Below the pieces are notes generated by a model that was not told the DNA's origin, did no database searches, and saw nothing but the letters and a program-made list of their open reading frames with translations. DNA of 64,000 nt, from assembly GCA_030704615.1 (NCBI GenBank), contig CM060732.1, positions 23,870,001 to 23,934,000 of the forward strand, read 5' to 3'. Shown here piece after piece: positions 25,054 through 38,469 of the stretch. Position 1 is the stretch's first letter. Every line of letters starts with the position of its first letter. A program made the translations under genes and the position numbers. This DNA is from Takakia lepidozioides. Taxonomy: Eukaryota > Plantae > Bryophyta.

Positions 25054-26096
25054 CCGTACTTACCTAGCTTATTAGGCAATAATTAATTAAAAAATCAAGT
25101 GCCTAATTAAATTTAGAACATTTTTGAAAAATGTGCCTAAAACTTGGAAAAATTTCCTGAGAAGTGCCTAATTGCTCCGAAATTGTGAGGTAATATCTAT
25201 TTTCAAAAACCATTATGTTTTTTTTTTTTTTTAATTACCTCAACAATAGTTTTTGAGGGAGGTGAAAAACAATCATTATTATCCAGGGTCGACTGTAATA
25301 CATGCCTGATTTGTGAGCTGTCGCTCCCAGGTGTTTCCCTTTCAAAAAAACAGAAAAAAGAAAAAAAGAAAATACATGCCTAAAGTTTGGAAATTACGAA
25401 ATTACCTGGTGAGGTGCCTAATAAGCTAGGTAAGTACCAGTGTTGGACTGGTATACCTGGTTGAACCTAGGTATGGAATACAGGTATGAATATATATATT
25501 GAAGAACAAACCAGTCGGGGTATGAAAGAACCAGTGTACCCATGTGATACACGTGCTGGGGGAATATGGCTTTAGGATTCCCCGCACGCATACCATACCA
25601 GTCTGGGTATATGGAGGAATAGCATGGTCCCAATACCCGTATTGCGATGAGTTCATGGCGAATGGAGGTAGGTATGAGTATATGTTTGTGCAGCTAGTTA
25701 TACCCTGTACTACAATTTGGTTAATTCAAGGCTCCATGTTGCAATTGAGACTTCATTTGCTGTTTCGTGCTACTTTGGGTTACCTTTGCCTAGTGTTTCA
25801 CGGCTTGGATTAAAATTAGCTATGTGCTAAATGACATTTATTTCTATGTATGGTGAGCTATAGAAATACCATACCAGTGCTCATACCCCCCAGTATCACT
25901 ACAGAGAAAGGGAAATACTAGTACCATACTCATATACAGCCCAAAGTACAACTACTCATACCAGATTCATACCCAAGTTGCTCATACCTGTGTAGATACC
26001 TATACCAGCCTGGTATGAAAAAGGGGTGGGACCCTTCATACCAGGACCAGTCGGTATTAAAAAATGGACATACCAGTCCAACACTGGTAAGTACGG
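25054..26096. mobile_element. Tc1/mariner (pogo-like) MITE whose right TIR is interrupted by a hAT MITE
   Basis: TIR CCGTACTTACCTAGCTTATTAGGCA matches TGCCTAATAAGCTAGGTAAGTAC[insert]GG. TA flanks at 25052-53 and 26097-98. Confidence 0.8.
25438..26086. mobile_element. hAT-type MITE
   Basis: Perfect 17-bp TIR CAGTGTTGGACTGGTAT, 8-bp TSD GTAAGTAC (25430-37 and 26087-94), and many ATACC/GGTAT subterminal motifs. Confidence 0.9.
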
Positions 26097-26630
26097 TACT
26101 ATCGGAAGGGAGCACTCTCCCATGTGGTGACCAGGGATTTGAACCCACGCTCAACTTGCTTGCACTTAGTGCTCTATTTAGTCTAATTATTATATGTTTC
26201 TTGAAGGTTCAAGGAAGCCTGAGCGAACGGTTACAGACTACAGACCTGACGGTGAAAATAAACCCCATCTAATTTGATTTTGGTTTCATTATAGACACAC
26301 AAATATGCAAGTGGGTCACTTTAAAGCTGTAATTAGTGCCCTGACCACCGGAAGTTTCGACGATGGCTTCGGAGTTAGTTGTGCGGGAGAGAGAGAGAGA
26401 GAGCTGTGTTTCTGAAAAGATGAACACGCACGACTTGGGATCTTGAGGGATCCAAGGAAAGAAGAAAGTAGTGCTATGGGAATCCAATGCAATTATGATA
26501 GAAACATGTGCACGTTGCTGTTAGAAAGCAAAATTTACAGAAGAAGGTTGAGTGTGAGAGAGTGTGATAGAAAAGAGGAAGAATGTTCCAGAATATGGAA
26601 TATGATGAGGGTGGCAGGACGGCTGGTAAG

Positions 26631-27074
26631 AGAAGAGTAAGGGAGAGGCTTCTAGAAAATACTTGTGTTGTTTTGTCGGTTACATAGATGAATATATTAT
26701 AGAAGAAGACTAGAAGGATGTGGCTCCACAGACTGATCTGGGCATTGTCATATCTTTCCTGAGCAGAAGCCAGTTGCCACGATCATTAGGGGTTTGCAGC
26801 CTATCTCACGTTCTATTTGCCCTTGGTAATCATCCAGGACGTGACTTTCTCAAGTTGAATATCGAACTTTCATCCTTCGTTTGTCTTCCCTTCTCCATGA
26901 GATCCCCATAGATATTTTTTCCTCGAATTTTCAACTTTTATGGCACCTGAGCCTTTCCTTATGGGTTCTTTTGCTATGTCTCACTTCATAAAGCATACCG
27001 GCGGTTGTCATCCTTATGTCTCTTATATATCCTTAAGCAGTCGTCCAACCATCCCTCCTTCTGGACAGGACTTT
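26631..27074 (-). repeat. Dispersed ~445-bp repeat, copy 2 (inverted relative to 6203-6649)
   Basis: Reverse complement aligns by eye with 6203-6649. Confidence 0.9.
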
Positions 27075-27682
27075 CAATTGATTTGTGAGGGAAAGAAATG
27101 AAATGTAGTGAATTTGTGCTTAATTTAGGAAGAAAACAACAACAACAACAACGGTCGAGTGTGATGTCTGGACCTGTACATAGATCAGAAGCCGGAAAAG
27201 CTTCCAATGACTGCAAACGTAATCAAGAATGTGAGAGGAGGAAATCATCTGAGACATTCTACTGTTGACACTATGAGAACTGCATACAGACCATTCAAAT
27301 CATGACATCTGACTAAACCCAACAAATACCCATCTCCATACAACAATCAGTTAGTGAATGGCCCAGACAAACGGCATGAGTATATTGGGTGGTGTGAGGA
27401 GCAACTATGGATGCTTTCCGGAAGCCTCCCACGCTGCAGATCTAGTCTGAAAAGTGCCATGTTTAAAAGTACTTGTCACATCAACAAAGAAAGGAGGCAT
27501 ATGAAGCTTCTTCCCCCCCTCATTCTCTTTAGAGGGGCGGCTCATGAACCATAATTATCAATACAACATCTGAAAAAAAAGAAAGTAGAAATCTTCAGGA
27601 AGTAGACGCAGCCTCACCCACAATTAGTACTCGTTTTGAACATTGGTACTGCACTTGCTGCGAGTGACTCGAGCATTTGGTA

Positions 27683-30398
27683 ATGGCTACTTATGTGCAT
27701 CCGAAGAGGGCGCCGTCTAATGAAGACCGGATCTACAAGGCCAGGCAGTATGAGGCCAAGTTGCAGGACAGTATCAAGGGTGTGAAAAGCTATGATCAGG
27801 CCATGATAGCTGCCAATTTTGCTCAGTCTGGGATTCCGAAGAATGAAACTCGTACGATTTCTGAAAAGTTGGAGGCAATTAGAGTGTGCAGAGAAAAGAA
27901 ATTAATGTGTAGACGAGCCCGGTTGGCGGCATTGCTGGAGGGGGAAGAAGAACTACTTGTGGAAGAGCTTAAGACTACAACCATGTCTCTTGCTGAGAGA
28001 AGACAATGGCTAGAGGCCCGTGCCAGGGCCCTCAAGCAAAAGAGGATGCAAGAAAAAGATAAGTATGTTGAAGAACAGCTAAATCGAGCGTGGAGGGATA
28101 ATGCCGATGATGTGCGGATCCATGACTCCAAGGTCGCGGTTTTTCGAGCAGTTGAAGGCCGGAAAAAGCAGCTTGAAGAGACTGTTGCAAGGAAAATCTT
28201 GGAAGAAGAGGAAGGGCGGAAGATGGAGGTGATAATGGAACGGGACTGGAAGTTGAAGGAGATGGCATTACTGAGGGAGGTGGAAATGAAAGAGGCCAAG
28301 AAGGTGGAGGCCATTGATATCCTCAATGAGCAATTGCACATGGTGCAGGCGCTCCGCCAGGAGGAGAGCGAGGCAGTTAAAGAAGAGATGGCGGCAATGA
28401 ATGCAAAATGGAAGCAGGAAGAGGCAGAACTGAAAAAACAACAACAGGAAAAACGGTGCTATCAGGTACTGTAACTGAAATTTTTCTATATCCAGTTCTT
28501 TGATTATTGCGTTTGGGCAAATATCTCACTCTAGAAACTCAAGTACACTAGATCGTACCAATTTTGTACTGACATCGCCATTGCTTCCATTGACAGTTGG
28601 CAAGAGCAAAGGCACAAAATGAATCAAACTCTCAGCAAAAGAACCAAAGGAATGCAGAATTTGCCAGGGACAAGAAGTTTGAGTCTGATAATCAATCCAT
28701 GATAGCTGCAAGAGAAGCGGCCGAGGCTTTACAAGAGAAGGAGTTGAAGGAACACCAGAGGCGGGAGGCCCAGCAGTATGCAGCTCACTTACAAGCTGTA
28801 ATGTCGAGGCTTGCAGCAGATGAGTCAATTAGAAATACCGCCTTTAAAGCCGAGGAAGATGAAGAGTGGGCGAAGCGGGAAGCTGGGTGGAAGCGAGAGG
28901 AGGACTTACGGCAGCGACTGTGGAACAGGGTCCACGAGGAGCGACAGAATCAATTAATGGAGAAAGGTAAACTGCTTAACGCGTGTACTCTCTCGGACAC
29001 GTCGTTCTCATTGTGCTACGAAACACAGCCGACTGATAATTACTCACATCGCCAGAGACGGGCTTGTCAATCTCTAATATCAGAAAGTTGACCTGCATGT
29101 CATATGCCCAAAGTTTTTCGCCTGTGCATGTACATCAGTATCTCGAAGTTTAGAACAAATTTACGGCCTTCAGTAGATTTCCCAAAGTAATGTACTCAAC
29201 GGTTCTTTAATTACAGAGAAAGTGCGATACCAAATTGAGGAGAACAAGAGGAGCGAGCTGGAGTATAACGAACGAATGGCTGCGTTCCAGGAAGCTGAAA
29301 ACAAGAGACAGCTTGCAGAACATAAGTTGGTAAGACTGAACATGTCGCAAATTCCCCAACCTGATTTATATACTCAGCTTCCATCATTGATTTCTGAATT
29401 CTTCTTCTCAGGACGCTCAAGTGTTGTTAAATAAAAAAGTTCCCAGTTCTTACAGCTACAATATTCATGAGGCTTAGCAGAGCAGGATAGCAGTGCTCAA
29501 GACGTAATGAATACATGTATCTCTTCCCATCTAATAAACCCAAATCAAGAGGCACTGTACATTCTAATCCAGCATGTAGGATCTCAAGAGTGAGACGCTC
29601 GCAAGAATTATTCGGAGAAGTAGAGGCCTCTAAGATGAAGGGTCATACTGCGGTAATATCGATAGAAATAGGTAGCTAGCAATAATACAAACTGTGGGGG
29701 GGTGTATTTGGAGAAGCTTTACTTACTCGATGGGTTGTCTGCTCCTACAGACCAAGCAGGAACTACTGGATGAATTGGAGAACCAGATTAGGAACAAGCA
29801 AGCAGCTGCTATCATGGCTAAAGAGCAGAAGCGCGTTGAGTTTGAAGGTACAAACTAATTTTTGAGCAACATCATCCTCTTTTTTCACAGTTCACCCTCT
29901 CTTTCGAGTTCCAAAAACGTTGGCTGAAAATCCGCCAGCATTCCTGGCATTTAGAATTCACTTGCTCCCTCAGTGATTCTTCAGAACATATCCTCTCTTA
30001 TGCATATGCCAAATGTTGTTTCATCCGTTGAAATCGCTCTGTACTGTCTGCTCGAGCATATATGTAGAGTCCATAAGCCTGCAATAGCCCTCCAAAAGCC
30101 TTTATGACAGCACTGTGTACTATCCAAGGTCCAATGAAGCTTGTTTCTTGTACCTGTACTAAACAGACTCTGATCTTTAAAGATGAGATAAAAACAAAGA
30201 AACAAACTTTACAATGATTAAATCCCTAGAAACTTTAGAAGGAAAGAAGAGCACACTTCTCAGCTCAGAATGCTTGGATTTTCAGGTATCAAAGACCAGG
30301 AGAAGCAGTATGCAGATAAGGTGAAAGCCAACATGGTCTCTCTGCCTTTCCCCGAACCCAACTTCAGACATAAACTGGTAAAATGGTACGAGGATTAG
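27683..30398 (+). CDS. CFAP53: Cilia- and flagella-associated protein 53 (CCDC11/FAP53)-like coiled-coil protein, 5 exons
   Basis: Exons 27683-28465, 28597-~28966, 29217-29329, 29751-29847 and 30286-30398. E/K/R-rich trichoplein-like coiled coil with RRARLAALLEGEE, QLNRAWRDNADDVR, WAKREAGWKREE and C-terminus PNFRHKLVKWYED*. The specific paralogue assignment is by recall. Confidence 0.72.
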
Positions 30399-31809
30399 CA
30401 AAGCCTGCACATTGTCTGGATAGAAGAACTCGCTCCCATTGATCAAAGGTAGAGAGACAGGAAGTATGCAGGAACTGACACATCAATTCTGCAATGTGGT
30501 ATCACGGTTAGGTCTAGATTCTCACCTCAACACTGCATGCCGAGCACTATTTATCACAATATGGCTGCCCTTTGTTGATGTCATTGGATTTCCATTACCC
30601 CATTATCCTCATGAATGTGTTATCAATAAAGCTTTTGCAAGATAATACCCAAACCCCAACCACAACCAATCTTCAGGATGATTGTGATCTGAGAACCCAC
30701 TAATTTCCAATTCTCATTCGAGATAGGCCAGACCTCCATGTTCAATGCTATTCGTCTTTCAGTTGTGTTTGATTCAACTAGCATGCTTTTCTGATGCAAT
30801 ACAGGTCTACACATCTGTGGATAGACTTTGCAGCAGAGCAGGGTATCATTGTACATAGTGCATTAAGTCTTTGATCCTGGTCATTGGGTCTGTTCTTAAC
30901 TATCAATAGCAACTTAGCTCCTCCTACAGTTCTCAACTTCTAGGGACAAGCCTGATAAAGTCTCCCAACAAATGCCTAGATTGGGCCAACAATTTCAACA
31001 GGCTGTCCACATATAATTCCAGTACTTAGTTGCACGGACTCGAACCAACCCAAACATGTTGTGTGTGATCATGGTGGACAATACCCAAATGTTATGTGCA
31101 CACAAAATATATAATCGAGATGCTCAAGCCTTAAACCGGTTTGTCTCTGTCAGACTGCCTTCTAGCCGTAAATATACGGTCAGTATCTCTAGAGAAGTTT
31201 ATGGCGGTGATGAGGTTAGTGGGATTTGTCTCCAATTGATATGGAAAGGTGGAAGAAGCTGTTTGAAGATATCGATTTAGCCTGGCATTTTAGCAGTGTA
31301 TGCACAGGGTATGCATGCACAAGACTCTGGTTACAGAGCACCACTAAAAGTACAGTCAAAGGCCCCAGGGGCCCAAGCAACTTTATGCTCAAGTGACCGG
31401 TTTTCATTTTTAGTCACTACCTGTAGGTCTTACGATCCTCATGCGGCCAGACTTTCGCTAAAACACAGACATTCATCGTCTGGTGATCGGGTGCCCGGAC
31501 ATCCTATCGACACGACTTTGTGGCTGCAGTAAAATAGTTGTCGACATGTAGTGATGTGATGTTCTTCAATCCTTGAAGAGAATGGGTTTTTGAGCATGTC
31601 CAACACTCATCAGAATGTCTACTTGCAAGGGACCCATTTCGGTAGGCCTTACACTTGCAACCCGTAGTCTAAGAGTGAGAGGATTCTTCTGTCTCTCACA
31701 TGTACGTCATTCCCCAAAACAGATACGAAGATTCATACTAGAAACTATTATGCAGGCACACAGGGAGGTTTGGTCAAATTCCAATGTGGAAATTAATTTA
31801 AAATTGCTA

Positions 31810-33625
31810 TTTATTTATTTATTTATTTAATAAATAAAAGGCGTTGGCCAATTACTTTATTGAAGGAGGGAAAAATTAAACCCTGAAAGATGCCATAAGG
31901 CAAAATACACATCATAGAAGATGAGGGACGAGCCCAGACTGAAACAAGAGAGACCGCCAAAATGGCAATTGAAGGACCCACATGCCTTGGGTGATGTAGA
32001 TGGGCGACCATTATCGGCCATCCAAGCACCCCCGGTGATGATTGCGTAATCGAAAATTTGTCGAATCCTGTAGAACGTAAAAGACAATGGCTTTGTAACT
32101 GCCATCCTACTAAGGAGTGGCAGAGCTTAGAGCTTGGAGAAGGCAAGACAGACAGAGGAGCTCGGTGGAGACGCAGGAAGCTGCAATTAGTGATCGAAGT
32201 TGAGCTTCACTGATCTTTTCCCCTTAATATGTCTCCAATTGATGTCACGGACGAAATTTGGCGATTCAGGGAAGGAGCATGTTGCGATTCCTCCAATGTT
32301 GAGGGACTGGGCTCCAGATGCACAAGGTTGGCGAAGGGCTTGAGCATATGATGCCGAGCTTTGCCCATGATGCGAGGAAGGCGCTGTGGAGCTGATACGT
32401 AGCCTCTGGATGCTTGCGGATGTCTGCAGCAAATTTTATCCAAGCTTTTCGAGCCTCACTTTGAATATCAAAAAACACCATAGTGAGCATAAGGGAGGGA
32501 GTAGAGCTAGTGTTGCCAAGGGCCCAAGCGCATCTGGTTTTCCATATGTGCCATAGCCCTGCAGCCCTGATTGTATCAAATACTGGGCAATTGGAGATTG
32601 CTTGTTATGTGACAGGGTCGTAGTTGAGGAGCGTGTTGACTGGGCTAAGAGATGCGCGGTCATGCCAATGGCTGAGAACCGGGAGAAGTAGGGGCCAGGC
32701 TTTTGAGGGAATATTGCATTGAAACAGGCAGTGCTCGATTTATTCGGTGACCCCAAGAGAGCAGCATGTACAGAGCAGAGCCCCGGTGAATTGGAGCCAT
32801 CTACCTACTTTAAGAACTTTGTTTGCGATTTGCCACAGGAAGGTGGCGATCTTGGCAGGCCTAGATTTGACCCAAATGCCTTTCCATATCGTTTGCCAGC
32901 ACTCATCTTGAAAGCCGTAGGCTCTCCATTTGGCCTCCCATTTGAATGAGAGGCTAGGGGTTGCATTGAGGCACTTGTATGCTTTTTTAGCTGTGTATAG
33001 GAGGAGTGATGGCTTGCCTTTAAGATTCCAGGACCACTCTTGAGGATCGAGCTGCAGCTCCATGAGCGGCGTCCCTCCAATCCATACGAAGGTGCTTCCA
33101 CGGAGCCAGGCATGCAGGGGAGATCCTGGAGGTCTGATAGGGTTCATATGTTTTGCGTTTGAAGACCACTGGCAGATTCTAAATGGGGAGAAGGTCCCCC
33201 TCTTAATAGTGACTGGGTCTATTTGAGCGAGATGCAGGATGTTTGTGAGAACGCATCAGCTCATAGCTAATCCACATATTTCACTATTGTTGCAGTCAAG
33301 AGTGTATATGACCTGTCGGGGTCTTGAAGAACATGTTATCCAGGTATCACGTGCGGCCGGGAGCGACCCTTGGGGAAGGATTCGTAAGCTGGAATGGTAT
33401 GGATTGGATAATGAAAGAGTAGTCTGCATTTCCTCTGGCCGAGCCTACAATATGATTTATGTATTCTTGGTTCCAAAAGTCTTCTCCTGACCATATGTTT
33501 CCTATCTGTGCTATGCCATGGAAATCCCAGGCAGACCATCTTTTTTGCAGATCCGCGGACCTCTTGGCTTTGAATGTTTGAGTTGAGGAAGAGGTGCTGG
33601 TGGATGACCTCCTCATACGAAGAGG
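31810..33625 (-). mobile_element. L1-clade LINE, 3' part (zf-RVT region, 3' UTR, (TAAA)n tail), decayed
   Basis: WKGIWVKSRPAKIATFLWQIANKVLKVG..CTCC..E*IEHCLFQC zinc-binding region. (TTTA)n on the plus strand at ~31810. Confidence 0.88.
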
Positions 33626-36600
33626 CACTACAAGAGATGAGCGTTTTTAGGACTACGGCTTTGGCGGAGTCATAAAAACTGCACTAGGTAGATGACTGCA
33701 GAGCGCCGAAATGCATTGCAGTCATAGTTTTATGACTTTGTAGTAATGGATATCACTACATGACTCCGGAAAGTTAGGGAGCATTGGTCAAACATTGTTG
33801 ACCATGATGACAGGGATGGTTTATATGACTAGTGTGATATGTTTGACTGCACGTGGACAACGTTTCATGGAATCTTATGACTCCATGACTGAAGATGGTT
33901 TCACAGCTCTATTTATGCGACTACATCACTACACGTGTCATTTTGAATGCACATATAATGCAAATAAGGTTGCCCATTACGTTTTAAAAAATTAAAAAAT
34001 TGCTAATAAGGTTGCCCATTAGGGTAATCATGAACATAAAGGAGGGCTGGGACTTGGCATTTTTTTGTCTCCTACGCCACACCACATAGCCGAGGGATGG
34101 AACGCAATGATAGCAGGATATGCAGGGGCGTGGGATGGAGGCGTTGAGCAAATGATGCACGAAGGAGAAGAGGAGGAGGAGACGAGACGAGGAGAAGCGA
34201 GCTCGCCGTTCTTGGGAGAGTCAGCTTGGTCTTAGCATGCGTGTTTCAATCTCTGACTACTCAGCTACGCCGTAGTGGTTCGATCTCACAGACCAATCCG
34301 ACATTACCTGACTACAGACACAAGCAGCACACACAAGAGGTCCTTTTAGGTTGATGGTCGGTCAAATCCTCCATGGGTCAGGATAGGTCAAGGACAATGT
34401 GGTAGGGTACCTTCTTCTTCAACCTATTTCAGCCTGTGTTGCCCTCTCATCAGACTCGGCCGCAAGATGCATATTGAATTCTGTAAGTTAGGTCGTTGGG
34501 TAGATCTATGGTGGTTTGGAGTGACTTTGGCAAGTTACTGCCAGTGTGGCAGCATGGAAGTATCCAAAAACATATAATAGAGGTGAGGAGAAGCTTTGGG
34601 GTGAACAGTTTCCGACCCCGGTCAATGGTGGGACAATGGAGACAAAAAGGCGAATGCCTGTTGGACTACAGAGAGAAGCAGATGCATTTCAGATTGTGAT
34701 AAGTAGGGTTGGGGTGTTTTGGAGAAGAACTCCACACCAGTATGGTTGGGGTGTTTGCTGGTAGAATTCTAGGCTGTCAGAGGCATGGATAGCTGAAGGA
34801 GCAGGGATAGAGTGTGGGTCCAGATTCATCCAAGAGGGCTGGATTTCAAGCTCCACATTACCTATGATTCCCTGTGGAAGGATAGCTACAAGAAACCTAC
34901 ATGGGTAGATGGTCAACTGGAAGCGGCAGCAGCAGCGGCACAATTGATAAGGTCAGGCACTTCTACTGAAGGCACATCTTTCAGCACATTTCACCCTGTT
35001 TTTCCCTCTTATCCGTTTCTTGCGAGCTGTCTTCTCTTATCTGTTTGTCTGCCCAATCTTCAGTGAATGCGTCAAGGCTTTGTGTTTTGGCTTCTTCCTC
35101 GCTTTTGTCATCCTCTCCCATGAATATCTCTGGTTGGCGCTCAAACCCTGCTCTGTAGATGTTGTCCATGCCAATGCATTCTTCTTCACCAAATCCATGT
35201 TTTTGCCCTAAATCCTTGATGTCTTGGCTGGATTTCTGCAGAATAGGCATCCCATCCCCTATTTTGGCCTTCTTTGCACTTCCCCGTGTCAACATGTTGA
35301 TGTGGGGTGTTGTTGTAGTCTTATTGGAGTGTGATCACTTATATGGTATATCTCGTCCAACTCATCCAGTGCCTCCAGCTCATTATGAGTGAACTGACAT
35401 GATACTTGTGCTGTTGGTTGCATCATGTACTCCGTGCTTGGCAATGGGTAAGCTTCTCCTCCTTCCACGTACTCATTGATCACTGCAAAAGGTACTCCAT
35501 ACATCTTCCCTTGAGGTCCTGTCCCTTTTTTTGCTTCTGTGATTGTTTCAGCTTTGCTGAAAGTTTGCCAAGACCCATGTTGGGTTAGTGTGTGACGACT
35601 GTGTCTCATGTTATTACAGATTTGTGTTCTTTGTTTGGGCCTTCTAATGCCTTGTCTGATGGACTCAGGTTTGTCAAAATCAACTTGTATCCACTCTGCT
35701 TCCATGTTGTTGCTGTCAGCAGCTTGTTCTTTTGCCAGTTGAACCCCGACAGGGCCTGGGTCTTCCCTTCTGCCCGCATCAAAGCATTTCGCAATGTGTG
35801 TAGTTGCTTCATCCTTCCTCAACTCCGCCCTCTCTTTGGCAGGTTGCGCACCTTCACCACCTTTGTTGTTTTTTTATTTGCACATGGTATCTGCTGCTTG
35901 CGTATCCTCATTGTAGTATTGAATATGCCCTGTAGGCATTGGCCTTACAAAGCCATTGTGCTCACTCTAGGTTTGGGTCATAGAACTTGGCTGTCATTGT
36001 CAGCTGCTAGCAGCAAGGCGAGGATGTATGCATGATTTGTGTAGGGGCATGGATAGCTTAAGGAGCAGGGATAGATGTGTGGGTCCACATTCATCCAGGA
36101 GGGCCGGATTTCAAGCTCCATATTACCTATGATTCCCTGTGGAAGGATAGGTACAAGAAACCTGCATGGGTAGATGGTCAACTGGAAGCCGCAGCAGCAG
36201 CGGGACAATTGATCAAATTAGGCACTGTTAATCAAGGCACCTTCTTCAACACATTTCACCCTGTTTTTCCCTCTTATCAAATCGGCCGTAAGTATTGCAC
36301 TATTTAACAGGGTCCTTGATTCTAGTAGCACCAGAACAAACTAGTATTACAACAATTCAGCCCATGTGTGGGCTTGCTTATTTTTTGCTTACTGGACCTT
36401 TTCAGGCATGGATTTTTGGACCTTGTGGCCTTTGAGGTGTCCATTGGGACATTGGTCTCATTTTGATTTTTGTAATATAATTTACATGGCGTGTATTTCC
36501 CTGTACTTGTCTATTTTGAATGTCCTTGTGGTTGCTAGTATGCAAGAGGGGTCCATTCTGTTTTTATATCAGAATTTCACCATATAATGAAGAATTTAAA

Positions 36601-37155
36601 TCATTTAATCTATTTTTATTTTATATAACATTATTAAATTAAACAATAATACCATTTAATAAAAAATCCAAGCTGCTATCCCCTGTTTTTAAAAATAAAA
36701 TATAAATTTAAGAATTTAAAATTACAAATATAACTATTAAATTATTTTCAGAGACATTCTTGATGACACGTGGCATAAACCCTGCCATATATGCTAGTCA
36801 TATATTATGTCTAAGTGCCACATGTCACATCTGAAGTGCAACAGGTGTCGTGACGTGTCGCTTGCGCAATGGTGCACGTGTTCATCTAAAGCCTCTCCAT
36901 GTAGGCAACGCTCATCAGACAATGTAGTCATATAGTTAGTCGTATGTAAGTCATAGAGTTGTAACTACATCACTCTCTTATGCATGACTCCAGGTGCCAC
37001 GCACGCAATCACGGCTATGACTTGCAAAATGCAGTCCTAAAGACTAGTCGCTATGACAGGGTTTTTTTCACTATAGAGTGATGTAGTCATGAACGCATAT
37101 AGGACTGAAAAAATAGTCATATATGCAGTCATAAAAACGCTCATCTGTTGTAGTG
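33626..37155. mobile_element. Non-autonomous CACTA element inserted in LINE ORF2
   Basis: TIR CACTACAAGAGATGAGCGTTTT / AAAACGCTCATCTGTTGTAGTG, 3-bp TSD AGG (33623-25 and 37156-58), subterminal ATGACT/AGTCAT motifs. The LINE frame is continuous when the element is removed. Confidence 0.93.
34782..36278 (+). repeat. Pair of ~232-bp direct repeats (34782-35013 and 36046-36278) inside the CACTA element
   Basis: ORFs 34812..35066 and 36077..36307 share WV[QH]IHP.G.DFKLHITYDSLWKD.YKKP.WVDGQLEAAAAA. Confidence 0.9.
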
Positions 37156-38355
37156 AGGGTTCTCATTTTACGAGGTAAGGTCTGAGCCTACCCCAGGCCT
37201 TCCAAATGGTTTTCCAGAGAGGGGAGCCAGGATGCTTGAGCTTGAATCCATTTACAATCCAACGTAGTGAACTTGACCACAGGGCATTCTTGAGGGGGGA
37301 GCTCTGCAGGATGTGTCGAAGCACCAGAGGACTCCACCATGAGGTATGGGGTCCCAGTAGCCTTATGATCCATTTGCCGAGGAGAGCATCTATCTGATTG
37401 CATGGGTCCAGAACGCCAAGACCGCCCAATTTCTTGGGGCTGCAGATTTGGGCCCATGAGATGACTGGTCTGACATTTTGAGTGCTGGAAGAGACACCCC
37501 AAATGAAGTTTATGATGATTCTTTTGATTTCTTTTAAGAAGGAAGGGCTTGGGCTCCACACGGAAGCGAAGTACCAGATGTTGGCCATGATAACCTGATT
37601 AGCCACAAGGGCTCTCCCGGTGAGAGAGAGGTGCCTGGAACCCCAAAAGACCAGTTTGCGTTTCAGTTTGTCAATTATCGGACCGATTCTTTGCTCCTCC
37701 GAGAGGTTGAAACCGAAAGGGAAGCCTAGTAGCTTAGTGCTCTCTCTATCTTTGAGCCATTTGAGGCCTAGCTCATGGCCCCATGAGGGAGAGGCTCCGA
37801 TTCTCAATCTTGATCTATTTCCAACCAGCAATGCCATTGTTTTGTCCTAGTTTACGTTGAAGCCCGATGCCATACAGAAACATTCAACGTGGAAATGGCA
37901 TGTTCTAGCTTGGAAGGGTTAGTGTTGAGGTAAAGAACCGTGTCATCAACAAACATGGAGGATTTGATATGAAGGTCTTCGTGATTTTGGCAAGGGATTT
38001 TGAGACCAGTGATGTGAGAGTTTTTTTCCAGATCCCAGAGAGTCAGCCACTATTAAAAATAGGAAGGGTGCGAGAGGGCATCCCTGGCGCACCGAGCGTT
38101 GCAACTGAAATGGAGTGGATAAGAAACCGTTAACCATTACTCTGCTAGAGGCGTTCTATAGAAGGATTGAAACCCACTCGCAGAAGTCTGATGAAAGACC
38201 TACTTTCCTCATTGTAGAGAGGAGAAGAGGCCATTCTACTTTATCAAAGGCTTTTTCGAAGTCGAGAAGGAGCATGGCGATTGCAAGGTTTGAGTCTTTG
38301 GCAAAGGAGTGAGATTCATGAGCTAGCAACACGTTGTCCAAAATGAATCTACCAT
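37156..38355 (-). mobile_element. L1-clade LINE RT domain, 5'-truncated; same element as 31810-33625
   Basis: DNVLLAHE..LLLDFEKAFDKVEW, RSVRQGCPLAPFLF, LGFPFG..LSLTGRALVAN..W..PKKLGGLGV. Frameshifts present. Confidence 0.92.
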
Positions 38356-38469
38356 TGCTATGAAGATTGCCTGATATTTTTTTCTTAAAAGTAGGGAATT
38401 TGCAAATTGAACCATTCCCTGATTAGACACCAGGGAAATTAAGTCCGACCATCCTTTTCAAAGTTTAGT

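Noticed and set aside
27823-28341. 172-aa antisense ORF
   Set aside because: Shadow frame of the E/K-rich CFAP53 exon.
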